From contig PFCG01000029.1 of the NCBI GenBank assembly GCA_002773095.1, positions 1 through 53,991 on the forward strand: DNA of 53,991 bases, in the 5' to 3' direction. This DNA comes from Candidatus Moranbacteria bacterium CG10_big_fil_rev_8_21_14_0_10_35_21. Lineage in GTDB: Bacteria; Patescibacteriota; Minisyncoccia; Moranbacterales; UBA2206. Under the pieces are notes generated by a model, which saw only the letters and a program-made list of their open reading frames with translations, had not been told where the DNA came from and made no database searches. Shown piece after piece: positions 47,688 to 53,991 of this stretch (its first letter is position 1; every line of letters begins with the position of its first letter). Position numbers and translations under genes: made by a program.

Positions 47688-48936
47688 CTTTTTGATAATT
47701 ACTTAAGGCGGAAATAATCAAAAACAAACACAACACTACTGGAGAATAAATGGCTGTTTCCACCACAGAATGAATAGAAAAAATTATAATTCCCACCGCT
47801 CCAGCCATAAAAATCGGGTTATTTAAGCTTTTTTTCATAAAATCTCGTATAACTACCCATAAAAACAAAATCCAAATAAGAGCGTTTAATATCCCTGTTT
47901 CAGCGGCAATATCCAAGTAGGTGTTATGTGCATAAATAGGCTCTCTATAAGTGGCTAGAGGCTTAATGGCTAGGGCATAATTTCCTAACCCCACCCCTAA
48001 TAATGGATTATCTGCTATTATCTTTCCCGAATCCTCCCAAATAGACAACCTTCCTTTATTTGATCCTTCTTTTAAATCAAATGAGGATTGCAGTCTTTGA
48101 GAAATAGGACTCGGATAAAAAATAGCCAGCAAAAAACCTAAAATACTAACAGCTACTATTTTTTTTCCCGTCCACCCTAATTTTTTCCAAAGAAAAAATA
48201 AAAAAAAGATCAATCCACCAATCAATCCTAAATATCCACCCCGAGAAAAAGTTAAAATATCCGCTATTAAAATAACCCCCGCTAAAATAAACCAGAGCAT
48301 TTTTTTTCTTCTTTCAAAAAAACCAAGTCCAAGCGCTAAGGGAAATAATAATCCTAAAAAAAATGAAAGCATATGTGGATCTGGGAAAGAGGCGGTGGCT
48401 CTTAAGTAGGTTTCTCCAGAAATATTTACCAGCCAGCTGGGATTTTCCAAGACTGCTTGTGTTACGGATTTCCCTAAGAAGGGAGGCGCAATTTTTTCCG
48501 CCCAAAGAGTATATATTTTATCCTTTCCTAGATAAAATTGTCCTAAAAATTGAAAGACACCTAATAAAGCCACTAAGCCACCTCCAATAACTAAACTTTT
48601 TATTAGTTTTATTTGAACTTCATTCTTTTTTATTAAAGATGAAACGACTAAATAGATAGGGAAAATCGAAATAAGATAAACCATCTTCCTTACCGACCAG
48701 TCGTGATTTTGACTAACCAGAAAAGAAACTAAAGAAAGCAGTAAAAAGAATGAAAGAAAAAATAACTTTAAATTAACTGGTATTTCCATCTGTTTCTTTT
48801 TTAGACCTTGTGCCAACCAAAGAAAAAACACCAATATCACTAACACCCTAATAGAGGCCAAATCAACACCTGCCGTTGGATTAATAGCTAATTGAAAAGG
48901 GAGATAAACGGCTAAAAAGGCAATTATTTTTTCCAT
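47671..48936 (-). CDS. O-antigen ligase family (Wzy_C) protein
   Basis: TFSRGG, GRL.IW...PLLGVGLGNY, AHNTYL..AAETG. Confidence 0.87.
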   Translation of the reverse strand: MEKIIAFLAVYLPFQLAINPTAGVDLASIRVLVILVFFLWLAQGLKKKQMEIPVNLKLFFLSFFLLLSLVSFLVSQNHDWSVRKMVYLISIFPIYLVVSSLIKKNEVQIKLIKSLVIGGGLVALLGVFQFLGQFYLGKDKIYTLWAEKIAPPFLGKSVTQAVLENPSWLVNISGETYLRATASFPDPHMLSFFLGLLFPLALGLGFFERRKKMLWFILAGVILIADILTFSRGGYLGLIGGLIFFLFFLWKKLGWTGKKIVAVSILGFLLAIFYPSPISQRLQSSFDLKEGSNKGRLSIWEDSGKIIADNPLLGVGLGNYALAIKPLATYREPIYAHNTYLDIAAETGILNALIWILFLWVVIRDFMKKSLNNPIFMAGAVGIIIFSIHSVVETAIYSPVVLCLFLIISALSNYQKDEKIS

Positions 48937-48937
48937 A

Positions 48938-49723
48938 TTAATTAAATCTCTTTCTAAAAAAACTTACCCAAGTGGAAACATCTTTTCCAAAATGCTTTCT
49001 AAAATAATATTCTTGCGATTGATAATATTTTTCTTTTTTTTCCTTTTCGGTTTGGCTACTCACTCCACCCAAATGTTTAATTAAAATATTCGGATTCCAA
49101 ATTACGTCATAACCCATTTTTTTAGTCCTGCGAGCTAAATCAACATCTTCAAAATACATAAAGAAATTTTCATCAAATCCTCCTAGCTTATGAAAGAGTT
49201 CTTTTTTTATCGCCAAACCTCCTCCACTAACCCAGCCCACTTTTTTTGTCTTATTTTTTGCCTCTCCACTTCTAAAAAAAGGGGGGAGCTTATTTAATAA
49301 AAGATTAACCGGGTTGATACTTTCCCCAAAGCTCCATTTTTGCAAAATACCTTCTTTATCCACTAATTTCACTCCTACAATTCCGCTTTTGTTCTGATTA
49401 AGACAGTTTTCTATTTCCTCTAGCTTTCCCTCTAGTATTTCCGCATCCGGATTAATAAAAAATAGAATCTCTCCTTTTGCCAGCCCTGATCCTTTGTTAC
49501 CAGCTCGACTAAACCCAATATTAGTTGGCATTGTTATCACTGATACTTGAGGAAATTTTTGGGCAAAATCTTTTAGTTTTTCTTGACTATCATTATTAAT
49601 AACCAAAATTTCCTTTTTTTGAGTGTCTTTTAAAAAACGTTGAATAGAAACCACACAATTTTCTAGACATTGCTCACTTTTATAATTAACAACTATAAAT
49701 GAAATTTTAGATAGTTCTCCCAT
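48938..49723 (-). CDS. glycosyltransferase family 2
   Basis: IVVNY, NIGFSRAGN, INPD, GGFDENFFMYFEDVDL. Confidence 0.9.
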   Translation of the reverse strand: MGELSKISFIVVNYKSEQCLENCVVSIQRFLKDTQKKEILVINNDSQEKLKDFAQKFPQVSVITMPTNIGFSRAGNKGSGLAKGEILFFINPDAEILEGKLEEIENCLNQNKSGIVGVKLVDKEGILQKWSFGESINPVNLLLNKLPPFFRSGEAKNKTKKVGWVSGGGLAIKKELFHKLGGFDENFFMYFEDVDLARRTKKMGYDVIWNPNILIKHLGGVSSQTEKEKKEKYYQSQEYYFRKHFGKDVSTWVSFFRKRFN

Positions 49724-49729
49724 AAAGTT

Positions 49730-50629
49730 CTAGAAACCGGCTTTTTTAAAATCGTCAAAAGCTCGTTTAATAATTTCTGCATTATACTTGTCCCCAAAAA
49801 GTAAATCTACTTTATTTTTTGTTTTTCGCAGAAATAACCAAAACTTAATCCACAACCTCCATCGGAAGGGAGTATTTTTTTTGAAGAAAACTAGTCCAGA
49901 AATAACTAGCCAATATATTTTTCGCTTATTTTGTTTTCGGCTTTGTTCTGAATGGTAGACCCAGCTATCGGAAACTACTACATTTTTGAAGCCCTCTTTT
50001 TTGGCTCTTAAGCTAAAATCGGCGTCCTCCCAATAAAGAAAAAAGTCTTCATCAAAAAGCCCTATTTTTTTGAAAACTTCTTTTTTTATTAGCATAGCGC
50101 ACCCGGAAATAAAACCTGACTCGTAATAATCCTGCACTTTTATGGACTGACTATGCTTATTTTTCATCCGACTCCATTTGATTGATCCTCCGGAAAACCA
50201 AACTTCTTTAGTTTGTGTCTCAAAAATAACTGGACTGGTAATGCCTATTTTTTCATCTTTTCTAAAAACTTTCACCAAATGACCCAGAAATTCTGTGTCC
50301 ACCTCGGTGTCATTGTTTAAGATAAAAACGTATTCGGCCATTCTTTCTAAAGAAAATTTTATTCCGATGTTTATTCCAGAAGAAAAACCAAGGTTTTCTT
50401 CATTTTTAATAAAACTAGCTTTGGAAAAATTAATTTTAGCCACTTCAAAGGATCCGTCTGTTGAATTATTGTCCACTAAAACCACCTCAAAATTAGGATA
50501 ATTAATCTTAAAAACGCTAGCTAGGCATTTTTTAATAACCTCCTTGCCATTATAGTTCAAGATTACAATAAAAACCTTAGGGAAGTTCTTCCCGCCAAAG
50601 GCGGGCGAGCTCGCCGGTAAATAATTCAT
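49730..50629 (-). CDS. glycosyltransferase family 2
   Basis: ILNYNG, VDNNSTDGS, NLGF..G.N, LNND, FDEDFFLYWEDAD. Confidence 0.92.
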   Translation of the reverse strand: MNYLPASSPAFGGKNFPKVFIVILNYNGKEVIKKCLASVFKINYPNFEVVLVDNNSTDGSFEVAKINFSKASFIKNEENLGFSSGINIGIKFSLERMAEYVFILNNDTEVDTEFLGHLVKVFRKDEKIGITSPVIFETQTKEVWFSGGSIKWSRMKNKHSQSIKVQDYYESGFISGCAMLIKKEVFKKIGLFDEDFFLYWEDADFSLRAKKEGFKNVVVSDSWVYHSEQSRKQNKRKIYWLVISGLVFFKKNTPFRWRLWIKFWLFLRKTKNKVDLLFGDKYNAEIIKRAFDDFKKAGF

Positions 50630-50669
50630 AGATTATTATACTAATAAAGTTTAGGATATACCTTTTAAT

Positions 50670-52112
50670 TTAAGGTATTTCTTCATATTCTTCTACGCCT
50701 TTACGGCTTATTAAACTAAGTAACTCCGAAGTTTTAACTGCCTTAAAAATCCAAAGAAAAATGAAATAAATAAGTGCTCCACCTAAAGTCAACATAAAAA
50801 AATTAAATTCTTTGAAAACGAAGAGAAAACTCGCCATAATAAGCCCGGATAGCAGAATGCTTGAAAATTTTTCTGCCCTTGGAACATAATCAATTTTTCT
50901 AAACACCATCAGCGCTGTTAGAAAAACAACCACCATCTCAGTTATCACTGAAATATAAGCTGAGCCAAAATAAGAAAAACGAGGGATAAATATAAGATTG
51001 CCAACCACATTAATTATGGCAACTACAGCCAGAATTTTGACTAATTTTTTTTGCAGGTTTCCTGCGATTAGAATATTATTAAAAAAATGTCCAAAGAATA
51101 TAAGTCCCAAAGCAAAAACCAATATTCTTAAAACTGGAGCCGACTGAGCAAATTCTCCGCCACCAATAATATTAATTATTTCTTCAGAAAGAAACAAAAC
51201 ACCAACAATTAGTGGCACCACCATAACTATAAAAAACTTAAAAGTTTTATTGGAGATATTTTTGAATTCCGCCTTATTAATAAATATGTTTTTGGACATG
51301 ATCGGAAAAACTAAACCCACCACCATTGCAGGGAAGAAAGTTATATTTTCCAAAACCTTATAGGCCGCGTTATAAATACCGACCTCCGCACTGCCTTTCA
51401 TAATGGAAAGAAGGATGGTGTCCATTTTAAAATAAATAAAGATTATTATCGAAGATATTCCCATAGGCAGAGATTCTTTAAGAAAACTTTTCCACTGCTT
51501 CAAATCTACCTTAAAGACAAATCGAACATATTTTTTAGCTAATAAAAAAACAATGGTAAAGCTAACTACCATATTTAAAAGTAGCGCAGATACTACCCAA
51601 TTAAAACCTAATCCCTTTCTGACTGCTAAAATAACTACTCCAACCTGAATAATTTTACCCACTAATTCCGCTATAGCTACCCGATCCATTATTAGCCTTT
51701 TTTGAAAAATTCCATTTAAAACCTGATAGCCTGAAGAAAAGATAAAAGAAGCGGCTACTATGATTATGCCTTTTTTTACTTCTTCTGGATAAGGAAAGGC
51801 CCAGACTACTATTGGAGAAATAATAAAAACAGCTATCGCTGTTATAATTCTTAAGGAAAAAATATTGCTGATAATTTTCTCTTCATCTGCTCCTGCTCTA
51901 GAAATTTCTCTAGTGGCTATTGGATATAAACCAAGATCAGCTAGAGCGGCAAAAAAAGACAAAAAAGCTAACACAATCGCATATTCTCCAAACCCCTCTG
52001 TGCCCAAATAGCGGGTTATAAATCCAATCGCTACCAAAGCCAAGATAGTAGATAAAATTTTGGAAATACTACTTACAAAAACATTGTAAGCAATTCTTCT
52101 GGCCACTGCCAT
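50670..52112 (-). CDS. Wzx-like polysaccharide flippase
   Basis: TRYLG.E.FG.Y, DLGL, D.ILLS, VG.Y.AA; about 14 TM helices. Confidence 0.9.
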   Translation of the reverse strand: MAVARRIAYNVFVSSISKILSTILALVAIGFITRYLGTEGFGEYAIVLAFLSFFAALADLGLYPIATREISRAGADEEKIISNIFSLRIITAIAVFIISPIVVWAFPYPEEVKKGIIIVAASFIFSSGYQVLNGIFQKRLIMDRVAIAELVGKIIQVGVVILAVRKGLGFNWVVSALLLNMVVSFTIVFLLAKKYVRFVFKVDLKQWKSFLKESLPMGISSIIIFIYFKMDTILLSIMKGSAEVGIYNAAYKVLENITFFPAMVVGLVFPIMSKNIFINKAEFKNISNKTFKFFIVMVVPLIVGVLFLSEEIINIIGGGEFAQSAPVLRILVFALGLIFFGHFFNNILIAGNLQKKLVKILAVVAIINVVGNLIFIPRFSYFGSAYISVITEMVVVFLTALMVFRKIDYVPRAEKFSSILLSGLIMASFLFVFKEFNFFMLTLGGALIYFIFLWIFKAVKTSELLSLISRKGVEEYEEIP

Positions 52113-52121
52113 AATAATGTT

Positions 52122-52601
52122 TTAAATTAAACTAGCTGGTTTTATGATAACCCTTCGCTCTTCTCCTTCTCCAACACTTTCCGTTTTTACATTTTCATTT
52201 TCCAAAATCTCTAGATGAACAATTCTTCTTTCATAAGAAGACATTGGTCGAAGCGCTATAGACTTATCTTCTCGTATAGCTTGTTCCGCTGCTTCATGAG
52301 CCAAGGAAACAATAGATTTATTTTTTTCTTCTCGATATGAATTAACATCCACAATAAAGTTCATTTTTTCTTCTATTTTTTTTCTCACCAAAAGACGAGC
52401 CAAGTGTTGCAAAGACTGAAGATTCGTTCCGTATTGTCCAATTAAAAAACTAGAGTCCCTTGTTTGAATATTAAAAATCAAACTTTCATTTTCAGTAGTT
52501 TCTTTTTTTTCTATTTCACCCTCAAATCCCATTTTGGCTAAAAATTCTCTTATAACTTCTATGGCAATTTGTTCATTCTTTTCTCTATCTTGATTTTCCA
52601 T
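52122..52601 (-). CDS. jag: Jag/KhpB (KH + R3H) RNA-binding protein, short form
   Basis: LIGQYG.NL.SLQ, VDVNSYR, PMSSYERRIVH, SVGEGEERRV. Confidence 0.88.
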   Translation of the reverse strand: MENQDREKNEQIAIEVIREFLAKMGFEGEIEKKETTENESLIFNIQTRDSSFLIGQYGTNLQSLQHLARLLVRKKIEEKMNFIVDVNSYREEKNKSIVSLAHEAAEQAIREDKSIALRPMSSYERRIVHLEILENENVKTESVGEGEERRVIIKPASLI

Positions 52602-52612
52602 TCTTATTTAAA

Positions 52613-53389
52613 TTAATAGTTATCTTTTTTAGCCAGTTTCTTTTCTTTCTTTTCTAATTGATATTGTTGCACTATCATAAAACCTGTTGAAACTAACCAG
52701 TAAAGCGATAGGCCAGCTGGAAATTTAAAACCGATAAATAAAGTTAGTAGAGGACCAAGATAAAGCATTTGCTGTGTCATCATTTGGGAAAAATCTCCGC
52801 CTTTAGCATTTTTTTGTGCTTTGGGCTGCTTAGCCATAAGCATCTTGGTTTGAAAATACTGAGAACCAGCGGCTAGCAAAATTAAGATTAGATGAGGAAT
52901 ATTCCCAATGGTTAAGTGGCTCAAGCTCAAGGTAGCCGAAAGGTCTATAATGCCTAAAAAGGAGTGATTAATTTGTCCTGGATTAGATATGAAAGAATAC
53001 AAATTATTAGCCTCTACTATTAACCCTGATTGAGAGATATTAAAAAGTATTCTATAAATAGCAATTAAAAAAATCAACTGAACAATCATAGGTAAACAGC
53101 CAGAAAGAGGGTTGGTTTTTTTTTCTTTATACAACTCCAACATAGCCCGACTCTGTTTTTCCTTATCGTTTTTATGTTTCTCTTGAATTTCCTTTATTCG
53201 CGGTTGCAATTCTTGCATTTTTTTCTGCGATTCTATCTGCTTACGACTAAGAGGAATGAGTATAATTTTAATAATAATGGTGACAATTATAATCGCTATC
53301 CCAAAGTCAGCTAGCGGAAAAACATTATATACAAAGATAAGCAGATTGTAGAGAGGCCTATAGACAAGTTCGTTAAATACAAAAGACAT
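52613..53389 (-). CDS. yidC: membrane protein insertase YidC
   Basis: FGIAII..T, MQELQP, NPLSGCLP, PAGLSLYW. Confidence 0.93.
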   Translation of the reverse strand: MSFVFNELVYRPLYNLLIFVYNVFPLADFGIAIIIVTIIIKIILIPLSRKQIESQKKMQELQPRIKEIQEKHKNDKEKQSRAMLELYKEKKTNPLSGCLPMIVQLIFLIAIYRILFNISQSGLIVEANNLYSFISNPGQINHSFLGIIDLSATLSLSHLTIGNIPHLILILLAAGSQYFQTKMLMAKQPKAQKNAKGGDFSQMMTQQMLYLGPLLTLFIGFKFPAGLSLYWLVSTGFMIVQQYQLEKKEKKLAKKDNY

Positions 53390-53396
53390 TTTTTAA

Positions 53397-53690
53397 TTAT
53401 TTTAATTTTTTAATTAGTTCTTTAATTTCTTTTTCTAGTTTAGAAAATATTACTTGGTCCGCTGGTTTTTTGTTTATACAAGCGATGATTTCTATTTTTT
53501 TATTTTCTCCTTTCATCGCTTTTCTAATGATTTCTCTCAGTTGCCTTTTCATCTTATTTCTCTCTACCGCTTTTTTGGAAAATTTAGTGCCCACTGAGAC
53601 TTTAAATCCTTTTTTTTCTGAAAATAAATCAACCAAAAAGAAACCTCCTGATACCAGATACTTTTTTTTCTTTTTTTTGGTTACCTCCAT
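53397..53690 (-). CDS. rnpA: ribonuclease P protein component (short N-terminus)
   Basis: RNR-like motif KKAVERNKMKRQLRE; located between rpmH and yidC. Confidence 0.8.
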   Translation of the reverse strand: MEVTKKKKKKYLVSGGFFLVDLFSEKKGFKVSVGTKFSKKAVERNKMKRQLREIIRKAMKGENKKIEIIACINKKPADQVIFSKLEKEIKELIKKLK

Positions 53691-53691
53691 T

Positions 53692-53829
53692 TTAAACCTT
53701 AGTTAACTTTTTTCTTCCCTTCTTTATCCTTCTTTTTAAAACCTTCTTTCCATTGGTTGTGCTGTTTCTTTTTCTAAAGCCATGCTTTCTTTTTCTTTTT
53801 AGTTTTTTGGGCTTATACGTTTGACTCAT
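53692..53829 (-). CDS. rpmH: 50S ribosomal protein L34 (not in the ORF track)
   Basis: [45 protein letters not shown]. Confidence 0.93.
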   Translation of the reverse strand: MSQTYKPKKLKRKRKHGFRKRNSTTNGKKVLKRRIKKGRKKLTKV

Positions 53830-53910
53830 ATCTTTACTTAATTTCCCTTGACTAAGGGATTTTTTAATATTTATTACTGTCTAGAAGTTTATCAACTAAC
53901 TCCCTTTTAG

Positions 53911-53991
53911 TCAATAAACTAGCTTAACTTCTCGACGATGTCCATAGAAAGGGCACTCGGTAAAAATTTCATCAATAGCTTTCATTATCAG
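53911..53991 (-). pseudogene. truncated IS3-family transposase OrfB fragment (runs off the window)
   Basis: LIMKAIDEIFTECPFYGHRR resembles the IS3 OrfB N-terminal 'IDE....PFYG.RR' segment, then stops after 6 more codons. Confidence 0.55.

Noticed and set aside
1-53991. CRISPR array or cas genes
   Set aside because: No regularly spaced direct repeats with unique spacers and no Cas-like ORFs seen.
1-53991. Alternative genetic code (TGA=Gly, as in Gracilibacteria/Absconditabacteria)
   Set aside because: Conserved genes are full length under code 11, and TGA ends genes such as the FIST protein and rsmA at the expected positions.

Overview
An AT-rich, gene-dense bacterial chromosomal segment in genetic code 11. 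Gene content, divergent core proteins and a PrgI/VirB4/VirB6/pilin cluster suggest Patescibacteria/CPR (Parcubacteria-like); this taxonomy is inference. Housekeeping genes: gyrA, rpsA, gmk, tilS, ftsH, tRNA-Val(GAC), tRNA-Ile2(CAT), a Xer recombinase, pcrA/uvrD, rpsO, pnp, yraN, a dksA-like gene, lspA, comM, rsmA and the jag-yidC-rnpA-rpmH block. Also present: a FIST/histidine kinase/double-receiver signalling unit, a ~14 kb T4SS-like operon with no relaxase in the window, and a surface-glycan cluster. The most unusual signals are small palindromic or structured elements. (1) A GIY-YIG nuclease gene is bracketed by perfect 27-bp hairpin-forming inverted repeats, and an empty (non-autonomous) copy with compensatory substitutions lies 9 kb away. 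(2) Two diverged copies of a ~180-195 nt multi-stem RNA-like element show covariation. (3) Several palindromes sit in frame inside core genes (pnp, rsmA, a glycosyltransferase), two of them with intergenic relatives. All calls come from reading the sequence and ORF translations by eye; no database searches were run.
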